Assembly: GCA_964424805.1 (NCBI GenBank)
Contig: CAYRKH010000013.1
Coordinates: forward strand, 29,094 to 61,093
Origin: an uncultured Woeseiaceae bacterium
GTDB taxonomy: Bacteria > Pseudomonadota > Gammaproteobacteria > Steroidobacterales > Woeseiaceae
Length of the DNA stretch: 32,000 bases
Direction: 5' to 3'
This document shows, one piece after another, positions 17,151-25,224 of the stretch (the stretch's first letter is position 1; every line of letters starts with the position of its first letter). The translations under genes were made by a program, and so were the position numbers. Under the pieces are notes generated by a model. It was not told the DNA's origin. It made no database searches and saw nothing but the letters and a program-made list of their open reading frames with translations.

Positions 17151-17726
17151 ATGGGCATTCTCGTCGTCGGACTGGTCCTGTTCCTGGGCGTGCATTCGGT
17201 CGGCATCGTCGCACCCGCGTGGCGCGAGCGGATGCTCGAGCGCCTTGGCGAGAAGCGGTGGAAGGGCGTTTACACGCTGGTGTCGCTGGCCGGTTTCCTG
17301 CTGCTGATCTACGGCTACGGCCAGGCGCGCCAGCAGCCGATTGTGCTCTGGTCACCGCCCATCGGGCTGCGGCACCTCACCCTGCTGCTGCTGCTCCCGG
17401 TTTTCCCCCTGGTCTTTGCGGCATACCTGCCCGGCCGCATCAAAGCCGCTTTGAAGCATCCGATGCTCCTGGCAGTGATGCTCTGGGCGGCGGCGCACCT
17501 GCTGGCCAACGGGACCCTCGCGGACCTGCTCCTGTTCGGCGGATTCCTGGCCTGGGCCTTAGCCGACCGGCTGTCGTTCACGCGCCGCCCCCCGCAGCAG
17601 ATACAAACCGCGCCGCCCTCCCGCGCCAACGATGCCATCGCGGTCGTGCTCGGGCTCGGCCTTTATGTCGTCTTCGGGGTCTGGCTGCATCCCATCCTGA
17701 TCGGCGTGCCGGCGATCGTCATGTGA
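17151..17726 (+). CDS. nnrU: NnrU family membrane protein
   Basis: MGILVVGLVLFLGVHSV...RWKGVYTLVSLAGFLLLIYGY...HPMLLAVMLWAAAHLLANG matches the NnrU family pattern. GGAGA lies 7 nt upstream of the ATG at 17151. The longer ORF-track frame start (16674) is antisense to trxC. Confidence 0.85.
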   Translation: MGILVVGLVLFLGVHSVGIVAPAWRERMLERLGEKRWKGVYTLVSLAGFLLLIYGYGQARQQPIVLWSPPIGLRHLTLLLLLPVFPLVFAAYLPGRIKAALKHPMLLAVMLWAAAHLLANGTLADLLLFGGFLAWALADRLSFTRRPPQQIQTAPPSRANDAIAVVLGLGLYVVFGVWLHPILIGVPAIVM

Positions 17727-17910
17727 CAGCAGCGCCGCGGCGTGCGTCATCAAGGGCTGCCGTGCGCGGAAACCATACCCGAGCCGATTTGAAACGCCCG
17801 ATTGTTATTCCTCTTTGGCCTGTCGCCGGTCAGGTAAATCCGCCAGCATCTGTTGCGTGAGCGCCGCGCCGCGGGCCGCCGCGGGGCGCGCGTGCCGGGG
17901 TGCACGAACG

Positions 17911-17950
17911 ACGCCTGCCCGGAGCGGCGGCGGCCGGGCAGGCGTTTTCG
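17911..17950 (+). terminator. Rho-independent terminator-like hairpin
   Basis: ACGCCTGCCCGG (17911-17922), 11-nt loop, CCGGGCAGGCGT (17934-17945), followed by TTTTCG. The U-tract is present only for plus-strand transcripts. It lies about 185 nt after the nnrU stop and 8-13 nt from the UrcA-like stop. Confidence 0.6.
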
Positions 17951-17957
17951 CGGGTGG

Positions 17958-18341
17958 TCAATCGCTTACACCGCGACCTGCCGATTCGAGCTGCGCCCGC
18001 AGCCGCGGCAGCTGGGCCTTTTGCTCGACCGCCTCAACCGCAGTTTCGAAGGCCGCCTCGTTGCACGCACGTACCGAATGCTGGACGTCGAGGTTACGTT
18101 CGTGCGGCGAGCCGCATACCGTGCGCGCCGCAATGCGAATGCGGTGGTAGAGTGTTTCGACGCCGGCCTGCGTTACAAGATTGAGGTCGCCGTAGCTGAC
18201 GGTTGCGGTACGCATATCGGAAGGCCGTTCCGCCTGGACGGCTCCCGAACCGATGGCGAGCATCGCGCCGGCTAGCGACGCGACCAGACCGACCCGGCGG
18301 TGTCGATCGACGCCAGCCCTTAACCTTCTGGATACAATCAT
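17958..18341 (-). CDS. UrcA-family small secreted protein
   Basis: 127 aa from the ATG at 18341. Signal-peptide-like N-terminus. TVSYGDLNLVTQAGVETLYHRIRIAARTVCG matches the UrcA family core (xYxDLDLxxxxGxxxLxxRIxxAAxxVCG). The longer ORF-track version (to 18830) is an upstream extension. Confidence 0.7.
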   Translation of the reverse strand: MIVSRRLRAGVDRHRRVGLVASLAGAMLAIGSGAVQAERPSDMRTATVSYGDLNLVTQAGVETLYHRIRIAARTVCGSPHERNLDVQHSVRACNEAAFETAVEAVEQKAQLPRLRAQLESAGRGVSD

Positions 18342-18471
18342 GGCAGTTCTCTCATTGCAGGAGTTGGTGTGCCCGCGCGCATGCGGCGCGGCTTCGGATG
18401 GGCGGCGCGGCACGCCTGACCATCGGATGCAACGGTAGCGGTCCTTCGTGGTAACTGCCGTGGGCGGGTCC

Positions 18472-20373
18472 ATGGGAAATGATCGCCCGCTTATAGCGGA
18501 TCCGCCGGTGCGGCTGCGCTTGCTCGGACCGATGATGATCAGCCGCGATGGCACGGCGCTGCCCTTACCGGCGTCGCGCAAGGCACGCGCGCTGCTGGCT
18601 TTCCTCGCGGTGTCTCCCGCGCCCGTGTCGCGCAGCCATCTGTGCGAGCTGCTGTGGGACTTGCCGAACGATCCGCGCAGCGAGCTCCGCTGGTGCCTGA
18701 GCAAGATCAGGAGAATCCTCGACCAGCCCGGCCGGCGCCGCGTCGGTACCGGCAGCGACGCTATCCAGCTCGATCTGTCCGATTGCTTCGTCGATGCGCT
18801 CGAGGTTGCCCGCGCCGCAAGCGGCGTCATCGAGAACCTGGATGCGGAGCGGCTGCGCGCGATCTCGGAGCTGTTCGCCGGAGAATTCCTGGAGGGCCTC
18901 GACCTCTACCGCAGCCCGGAGTTCAACGCCTGGATCATCGCCGAGCGCCGCCGTTTCCACGGCCGACACCTCGCCGTGCTGGAACAGCTCGCGAGGCGTA
19001 CCGACGGGGACGCGGTGTTCGGCTATCTCGAAAGCTGGATGCAACTCGCGCCCTTCGACCCGCGGGTGCACGAGATGCTGCTCACCGAGCTGGCGCGGCG
19101 TGGGCGGAGGGGCGACGCCGAGGAGCACCTCGCCGCAACCGCGCGGGTGTTCAAGGCGGAAGGCCTGGACCCTCGGCCGATCCGCAGGCTGTGGCGCACC
19201 GCCTGGGCGAAGGAGAGCGCCGCGGCGCAAGCGGGTTACGTCCCGCTCGCCGCGCCGACGCGCGCCGGCTCCGCCGAGTCCGGTGCCGCCGGCAGCAGCG
19301 ACCCGGACACGGATTATGTCGTCACAGGGTCGGTGCGGCGGTACGAGAAGCGACTCACCGTGGCCGTCGAGCTCGTTGAAACGCGCGCCGACAGGGTCGT
19401 CTGGGCAGAGGTCTTCCACCACATCCTGGGGGACGCCCTGCTCAGCCTGGAGGAGATCGGAAACCGTATCGTCACGTCGATCGCTAACGCGATCGAAAGA
19501 CCTGTCGAATACTCCCGTACCCGTTCGATTACCAGGGCAGGGCTTCGCGCCCGCTTTTCCCCCACCAACCGGGAGTCAACCATGGCCAACAAGCACGGTG
19601 AATTTATCTGGTACGAGCTCATGACCCGCGACCCCGACGCGGCCAAGGCCTTCTACGATGAGGTCGTAGGCTGGAACATAGGAGAACCCGCACCGGGACC
19701 CCTGGACTACCGCCCGATCTCCGCCGGCGCGGACATGGTGGGCGGAGTGCTCCGCCTGACCGACGAGATGCGCGCGCAGGGCGCCCGCCCGGTATGGCTC
19801 GGCTACGTGGGCGTGGACGACGTGGATGCCACCGCGGGCAAAGTCCGGGACCTGGGGGGCACGGTGCTGATGCCCGCCAGGGACATCCCCGGCGCGGGCC
19901 GCATCGCCATGGTCGCCGATCCCGACGGTACGCCTTTCTACATAATGCGCGGCGCGGTCGAAGACGGCACCAGCACGGCCTTCCAACCGAAGGCGAACGG
20001 CCACTGCAGCTGGAACGAGCTCACCACTCCGGACCAGGCGGGCGCGCTGTCCTTTTACGGGCAGCTGTTCGGGTGGGAGAACAAGGAGTCGATGCCGATG
20101 GGCGAGGCGGGCGACTACCAGCTGCTCGAGCACAACGGGGTTCAGTTCGGCGCGTTGTCGCCGTTCATGAACAAGGGCCAGCAGCCCATCTGGACCTATT
20201 ACTTCCGGGTTCCCGACATCGATGCGGCGCTCGCGAAGACAGAGGCGCGCGGCGGCAAGATTCTCCACGGCCCGCACGAGGTCCCGGGCGGCGACTACAT
20301 CATCATCGGCAGGGACCCCGAGGACACCCTGTTTGCCCTCACGGGCCCGGGAGCAAACCGGGAAACCGGGTAG
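18472..20373 (+). CDS. Continuous ORF: SARP/AfsR-like winged-helix + BTAD regulator module running in frame into a two-domain VOC (glyoxalase/bleomycin-resistance fold) protein
   Basis: N-terminal part: VRLRLLGPMMISRDG...RALLAFLAV...LCELLW...LRWCLSKIRRIL (OmpR/SARP wHTH), then BTAD-like FDPRVHEMLLTELARRGRRGDAEEHL. From the ATG at 19582 (GGGAG 6 nt upstream): MANKHGEFIWYELMTRDPDAAKAFYDEVVGWNI..., two VOC repeats. There is no stop codon between the modules. The alternative GTG start at 18448 is in the same frame. Confidence 0.6.
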   Translation: MGNDRPLIADPPVRLRLLGPMMISRDGTALPLPASRKARALLAFLAVSPAPVSRSHLCELLWDLPNDPRSELRWCLSKIRRILDQPGRRRVGTGSDAIQLDLSDCFVDALEVARAASGVIENLDAERLRAISELFAGEFLEGLDLYRSPEFNAWIIAERRRFHGRHLAVLEQLARRTDGDAVFGYLESWMQLAPFDPRVHEMLLTELARRGRRGDAEEHLAATARVFKAEGLDPRPIRRLWRTAWAKESAAAQAGYVPLAAPTRAGSAESGAAGSSDPDTDYVVTGSVRRYEKRLTVAVELVETRADRVVWAEVFHHILGDALLSLEEIGNRIVTSIANAIERPVEYSRTRSITRAGLRARFSPTNRESTMANKHGEFIWYELMTRDPDAAKAFYDEVVGWNIGEPAPGPLDYRPISAGADMVGGVLRLTDEMRAQGARPVWLGYVGVDDVDATAGKVRDLGGTVLMPARDIPGAGRIAMVADPDGTPFYIMRGAVEDGTSTAFQPKANGHCSWNELTTPDQAGALSFYGQLFGWENKESMPMGEAGDYQLLEHNGVQFGALSPFMNKGQQPIWTYYFRVPDIDAALAKTEARGGKILHGPHEVPGGDYIIIGRDPEDTLFALTGPGANRETG

Positions 20374-20448
20374 CAGGTAAAGTAAACGGGAACCACGCGC
20401 CGACCGGCGGCACGCGGTCCGCCGCGACCGGGCCGTATAGAATGGGGC

Positions 20449-22782
20449 ATGGCCATTTTCCGCGGCGCCCTTCTCCAGGCCTCCTGGCGCACCGCGTCCG
20501 GGATCGACGGCGGCCGGATTCCCGTCGTGCACCTCTACGGGCGGCTGGAGGACGGCGGGACCTTCCTGGTGAGGGACGACCGGCCGCGGCCGCACTTCTA
20601 CATCCGGCAGGCGGCCGCCGATATCGCCCGCCCGCTGGTCGGACCCGCGCTGCAGGCCTGTAGCGAGGTCACGTTCGAGGGGGCGCCGGTCGCGCTCGTC
20701 ACGGCGGCGGTGCCCTCGGATGTGCCACCCCTTCGCGAGCGCCTGCACGGCGAAGGGGTCGAGACCTTCGAAGCCGACGTACGGTTCGCGACCCGCTACC
20801 TCATCGAGCGCGGCATCAAGGGCGGCTGCGAGATCGAGGGCGACCCGCTCCCCGGCGAGGGTGTCTCGTGGGTGTTCGACAACCCCGTCCTGCGACCTGC
20901 CAAGGTCCAGGTCACGCCGCGAGTGCTGTCGTTCGACATCGAGACCGATATCGCCGGTGAGCAGCTCCTCGCCATTTCGCTGTACGGCGCTGGAATCGAC
21001 GAGGTGCTGATCGTCGACGGCAGCGGCCGGCCGATGCCGGAAAAAGCCACCCGCTGCGCGGACGAGCGCGCCGCGCTGGACGCGTTCTGCGAGCGGGTGC
21101 GCCGCTTCGACCCGGACGTCATCACCGGCTGGAACACGATCGATTTCGATTTCACCGTGCTGCAGCGCATCGCTGCTCGCCTTCGGCATCCGTTCCAGCT
21201 CGGCCGCGACGCCGGGCCGATGCGCATCCGCAAGGCCGAAGGCTACTTCGGCAGCGGACAGGCGTCCGTACCGGGTCGCCTCGTGCTCGACGGTATCGAC
21301 CTGCTGCGAGGCGCGTTCGTGCGCATGGAGGAATATTCTCTCGAAGCCGTTGCGCGGGAGGTGCTCGGCGAAGGCAAGGCGCTCAAAGGCGACGTGCACG
21401 GCCGCGGCGAGGAGATCGTGCACAACTACCGGAACGACCTGGACGCCTTCGCGCTGTACGCGCGCACCGACGCGCGGCTCGCCTATGACATCATCGACAG
21501 GCTCGCGCTCGTCCGCCTCGCCTTCGAGCGCAGCCAGCTCGCGGGCATGATGCCCGACCGCGTCGCGGCGAGCATCGCCTCTTTCGATTTCGTCTACCTG
21601 AGCGAGCTCCAAAAGCTCGGCATCGTCGCGCCGACGGTGCGCTCGGGCGATTCGCGCGTGCACGCGGCGCAGCAGGGCGGACACGTGCTGGAGCCGGTCG
21701 CCGGGCTGCACCGCAACGTGTGGGTGTTCGACTTCCGCAGCCTCTACCCCAGCGTGATCCGCACCTTCAACATCGACCCGCTCTCGTACGTGCCGGACCC
21801 CGAACCCGGCGAGGACCTCATTCGCACGCCCGGCGGCGCGTTCCGCCGCGCGCATGCGATCCTGCCGCGGCTGTTAGACGAGCTGTTTCCGCGCCGCGCC
21901 GCTGCCATCGAGGCGGGCGACAAGGTGAAGGCCCACGCCATCAAGATCCTCATGAATTCCTTCTACGGCGTGCTCGGCACGCCCGCCTGCCGTTTTTACA
22001 ACCCGGCCCTCGCCAACTCGATCACCGGCACCGGTAAGGCGCTCCTGCTGTGGTCGAAGCGCTGGTTCGAGAATGCGGGCTTTCGCGTGCTGTACGGCGA
22101 CACGGATAGCCTCTTCGTCGAGTCCGGCTTGCCGGAAGAGACCGCCGGGGCGCGGGGCGCGGAACTGGCAGCCGGGCTCAGCGAAGCGCTCGCAGAGCAC
22201 GTCCGCGAACGCTGGAGCGTGGAGAGCCGGCTCGAGCTCAAGCTCGAGAAGCTGTACCGGCGCCTGTTCCTGCCTACGGCGCGGCACAGCGCCCGCGGCG
22301 CCAGCAAGCGTTACGTCGGCCTCAGGACGGACGGCGAGATCCAGTTCGTCGGCATGGAGGTGGTACGCAGCGACTGGACCGCGCTGGCGAAGGACGTGCA
22401 GCGCGAACTCTACCGCCGGCTGTTTGCCGACGAGCCGGTGGAGGACTACCTCGCCCGCGTCGTCGCGGAGCTGCGCCGCGGGGCGCTGGACGATGCGCTC
22501 GTCTACCGGAAGCGGCTGAGGAAAGCGGCAACGGCATACACCGCTACCACGCCGCCGCACGTCGCCGCGGCGCGCAAATCAGGCCGGCGGCCGGGGCGTT
22601 CGATCAGCTACGTCATGACCTCGGACGGCGCGGAGCCCGTCGACAACATACGGCACCCGATCGACCGCGAGCACTACGTCATGAAACAGGTCAAGCCCGT
22701 GGCGGAGCCGGTGCTCTCGGTGCTGGGACTCCGCTTCGAGCAGGTGATCGGCGATGAGCGGCAGATCGAGATGCTGTTCTGA
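20449..22782 (+). CDS. polB: DNA polymerase II (family B DNA polymerase)
   Basis: 777 aa. Exo I SFDIETD. Motif A DFRSLYPSVI. Motif B KILMNSFYGVLG. Motif C YGDTDSLFV. The size matches bacterial Pol II. Confidence 0.95.
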   Translation: MAIFRGALLQASWRTASGIDGGRIPVVHLYGRLEDGGTFLVRDDRPRPHFYIRQAAADIARPLVGPALQACSEVTFEGAPVALVTAAVPSDVPPLRERLHGEGVETFEADVRFATRYLIERGIKGGCEIEGDPLPGEGVSWVFDNPVLRPAKVQVTPRVLSFDIETDIAGEQLLAISLYGAGIDEVLIVDGSGRPMPEKATRCADERAALDAFCERVRRFDPDVITGWNTIDFDFTVLQRIAARLRHPFQLGRDAGPMRIRKAEGYFGSGQASVPGRLVLDGIDLLRGAFVRMEEYSLEAVAREVLGEGKALKGDVHGRGEEIVHNYRNDLDAFALYARTDARLAYDIIDRLALVRLAFERSQLAGMMPDRVAASIASFDFVYLSELQKLGIVAPTVRSGDSRVHAAQQGGHVLEPVAGLHRNVWVFDFRSLYPSVIRTFNIDPLSYVPDPEPGEDLIRTPGGAFRRAHAILPRLLDELFPRRAAAIEAGDKVKAHAIKILMNSFYGVLGTPACRFYNPALANSITGTGKALLLWSKRWFENAGFRVLYGDTDSLFVESGLPEETAGARGAELAAGLSEALAEHVRERWSVESRLELKLEKLYRRLFLPTARHSARGASKRYVGLRTDGEIQFVGMEVVRSDWTALAKDVQRELYRRLFADEPVEDYLARVVAELRRGALDDALVYRKRLRKAATAYTATTPPHVAAARKSGRRPGRSISYVMTSDGAEPVDNIRHPIDREHYVMKQVKPVAEPVLSVLGLRFEQVIGDERQIEMLF

Positions 22783-22810
22783 CCCCTTCGGCAAGGAACC
22801 CGCCGCAGCC

Positions 22811-23983
22811 CTATCCCGATTTACCGTCCACCCTCGGCCGCAGCAGTATCGGCGTGTAAACCCAGGCGTACAGCAGGAAGGCGGCGAACCAGAGCAGGCC
22901 GGCGCAGACGACGACGTGCGCGTAGTCGAGCGGCAGCACGGTGGGGCCGAACACCCGCACCGCGGCCGCCGCCACCAGGAAGGCGTAGGCCCAGGCGATC
23001 GGCTTCGCGACCGCGAGCGGCCGCCCGGTATGGCCGAGCGACGCGCGCGTCATCACCGCGAGGATCATGGTCGCGGCGGCGCCGGCACCCAGCGCATGCG
23101 GCCAGTGCACGGCCCACGCGCCGCCGCCCAGCATGGCGGCCGCCTTCAGGAGCAGCCCGATCGGCAGCCAGGCGTAGGCCGCGTGCAGCACCCACACGAT
23201 CGGATCCCTGAACGTGTGCAGCGTCTGCCAGCCGATCATGCGCGCGGCGTGTGCCAGTGCGGCAATCGACGCGACGGCGGCCGTCGTCCAGTGTGCCGGC
23301 GCGGCGAGATCGAACAGGATCAGCGCGACCATGCTGCCGATGGCCAGCCGCTCCACGACCGGCCAGCTGCGCACCTTCACCTGGATGCCGCGGTTGCGTA
23401 GCGCCGCCGCGGTGAACGCCGGGACGATGCGCCCGCCGATCACGGTGACGAGGAGCAGCACGATGTAGAGGGCGATGCGCACGGACCGGCTCGCCAGCAG
23501 CACGTCGGCATTGGCAAGCCCGTAGAGGAACGCCGCGTCCGTCGCCCAGAGCGCGAAGATCACGACCAGCAGCGGCCGGTTGCGATTCGTCGACCGGAAC
23601 AGCGCGGGCGCGAGCGTCGCGGCCAGCGCGGGCAGGAACGCGAGCTCGGCCACCGCGACCAGCCACAGCGGTAGCACGCCCGCCGCGGCCATCGCCGCGC
23701 GGCCGGCGAGCCAGGCGCAGAACAGGAGGATCAAAGGCCGCCCCGCGTAGCCGCGCGAGCCGGTCCAGCTCGGCACGGCGGTCAGCATGAAGCCGCCGAT
23801 CGCCGCGGCCACGAACCCGAACAGCATCTCGTGCGCGTGCCACAGGAACGCCGGCAGCATGCCGAACGGCGCGGACCCCGCCCGGTAGAGCAGGAGCCAC
23901 ACGCCCAGCGCCATCAGCGCGTACCAGCCCGCGGCGAGGAAGAACGGCCGGAAGCCGTAGGCGAACGGCACGAGGCGCGCCAT
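22811..23983 (-). CDS. nnrS: NnrS family haem/copper membrane protein (NO-stress associated)
   Basis: FAYGFRPFFLAAGWYALMALGVWLL...FLWHAHEMLFGFVAAAIGGFMLTAVPSWTG is the NnrS N-terminal signature. Polytopic membrane protein, 390 aa. The start overlaps the upstream sirB2-like stop (TGATG). Confidence 0.9.
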   Translation of the reverse strand: MARLVPFAYGFRPFFLAAGWYALMALGVWLLLYRAGSAPFGMLPAFLWHAHEMLFGFVAAAIGGFMLTAVPSWTGSRGYAGRPLILLFCAWLAGRAAMAAAGVLPLWLVAVAELAFLPALAATLAPALFRSTNRNRPLLVVIFALWATDAAFLYGLANADVLLASRSVRIALYIVLLLVTVIGGRIVPAFTAAALRNRGIQVKVRSWPVVERLAIGSMVALILFDLAAPAHWTTAAVASIAALAHAARMIGWQTLHTFRDPIVWVLHAAYAWLPIGLLLKAAAMLGGGAWAVHWPHALGAGAAATMILAVMTRASLGHTGRPLAVAKPIAWAYAFLVAAAAVRVFGPTVLPLDYAHVVVCAGLLWFAAFLLYAWVYTPILLRPRVDGKSG

Positions 23984-24384
23984 CAGTTCACCAGCGCCCG
24001 CAGCGGTCCGAGCGGATGGTGCGCGCGGGCGACGGCGATCATGGACCCGTACACCGCCAGCGCACCCAGGAAGGTCGCCAGCCTGACGCGCGGCGTGCGA
24101 CCGCGCTTCAGCGCGAAGGTGCCGAGGCCAACGTACACGACCAGCAGTACCAGCTTCACGGCCAGCCAGCCGTTCGCGTACAGCGCCGTCGGGAGGATCG
24201 CCACCAGCGCCAGCGCGGCCGCGAGCAGCACGCTATCGATGGCGTAGCTGACGTAGCGCACCGGCGCGACCATCGGCCAGCGCGCTCGCGCCTGCACGGC
24301 CAGTCCGCGCAGCAGGAAAAGGCTGCCGCTCGCGATTACCGCCGCCATGTGTATCCACTTGATCTGCGGGTAGAACTCGATCAT
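23983..24384 (-). CDS. SirB2-family small membrane protein
   Basis: 133 aa with four predicted TM segments. IKWIHMAAVIASGSLFLLRG matches the LKxLHxxxVxxSxxLFxLRG start of the SirB family. Its stop shares 1 nt with the nnrS start. Confidence 0.75.
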   Translation of the reverse strand: MIEFYPQIKWIHMAAVIASGSLFLLRGLAVQARARWPMVAPVRYVSYAIDSVLLAAALALVAILPTALYANGWLAVKLVLLVVYVGLGTFALKRGRTPRVRLATFLGALAVYGSMIAVARAHHPLGPLRALVN

Positions 24385-24420
24385 CAGCGCGGCATGCTAC
24401 TCCGAAACGGGAGCGGCGTC

Positions 24421-24434
24421 CTGATCCAGGTCAA
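24421..24434 (-). promoter_or_regulatory. FNR/ANR/DNR-type box (TTGACCTGGATCAG on the minus strand; 8/10 to TTGAT-N4-ATCAA) upstream of sirB2-nnrS
   Basis: The centre is about 43 bp upstream of the sirB2-like ATG and 31 bp upstream of a TAGCAT -10-like hexamer (24399-24394). This is the class II FNR geometry. Confidence 0.5.
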
Positions 24435-24442
24435 GCGGAAAG

Positions 24443-25189
24443 TCAGGTCCGGAGCACGTTGCGCGCCAGCTCCTCGAGCCGCGGGAGGTTCAGGATCTCG
24501 ATCTCGCGACGCTCTACCCGGACGAGTTCCTCGTCGCGGAACCGGCGCAGGATGCGGCTGACCGTTTCGGGAACGAGCCGCAGGTAGTTCGCGATATCGG
24601 CGCGCGTCATCGGCAGGTGCAGCCGGGTCGATGAGAAGCCGCGTACGGCGTAGCGCCGCGACAGGCTGACCAGGAACGCCGCCATGCGTTCCTCGGCATC
24701 GAAATCGCCGGCGAGCAGGCCCGCCTTGCCGATGTCCTCGCTGAGCAGCCGGAACAGTTCCTGCTGCAGCCCCGGCACTTTCGTCGCGAGGGTCGCCATC
24801 TTCGGGAACGAGAAGCGGCACAGCTCCACCGCCTCCAGCGCCACGGCGTTGCAGGGGTACCGGGCGCGCGAGATCGCGCTCAGCCCGATGACCTCGCCGG
24901 GCAGGTAGAACCCGAGCACCTGCTCCCGGCCCTCGAGGTCGGTCACGTAGGTCTTGATCGTGCCCGAACGCACCGCGGCGATGGCGTTGAAATCGTCGCC
25001 TTCGCGGAAGACGTGCTGGCCTTCCCGGTAGGGGCCCGTATGCTCGACCAGCACGTGCATGTCACGCAGCCGCATCTTGTCGTAGCCGCTTTCCAGGCAA
25101 ACGGTCGAAAAGGCGCAGCTGCTGCAGAAATTGAGCTCGTCGCCGTCGTCCCTGAGTGGCCCTGCCGGTGTGTATCTCGGTCCATCCAC
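24443..25189 (-). CDS. fnr: Crp/Fnr family transcriptional regulator, Fe-S (FNR/ANR) type
   Basis: N-terminal CSSCAFSTVC (C-x2-C-x5-C) plus a central Cys (AVELCRF). cNMP-like beta-roll (RSGTIKTY...GFYLPGEVIG). HTH with ETVSRILRRF (the E--SR recognition residues of FNR). The GTG at 25189 is the only canonical start downstream of the upstream gene's stop that keeps the Cys cluster. The ORF-track ATG at 25372 would overlap the neighbouring gene by about 150 nt. Confidence 0.85.
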   Translation of the reverse strand: MDGPRYTPAGPLRDDGDELNFCSSCAFSTVCLESGYDKMRLRDMHVLVEHTGPYREGQHVFREGDDFNAIAAVRSGTIKTYVTDLEGREQVLGFYLPGEVIGLSAISRARYPCNAVALEAVELCRFSFPKMATLATKVPGLQQELFRLLSEDIGKAGLLAGDFDAEERMAAFLVSLSRRYAVRGFSSTRLHLPMTRADIANYLRLVPETVSRILRRFRDEELVRVERREIEILNLPRLEELARNVLRT

Positions 25190-25195
25190 ACCGCG

Positions 25196-25201
25196 ATTAT
25201 A
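25196..25201 (-). promoter_or_regulatory. Perfect TATAAT hexamer 6 nt upstream of the fnr GTG
   Basis: The minus strand reads ACGTATAATCGCGGTGTGGAT. There is no Shine-Dalgarno between the hexamer and the GTG. I found no convincing -35. Confidence 0.35.
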
Positions 25202-25224
25202 CGTGGCCCGGCCGGTAACGCGGC

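Noticed and set aside
20374-20448. Looked for a LexA/SOS box upstream of polB.
   Set aside because: I found no CTGT-N8-ACAG or other recognisable LexA palindrome, only a GC-rich imperfect hairpin (CGGCGG..CCGCCG) after the VOC stop.
19576-21855. 759 aa minus-strand ORF opposite the VOC gene and polB.
   Set aside because: It is antisense to genes with clear VOC and family-B polymerase motifs, has no motifs of its own, and shows the typical GC-artefact composition.
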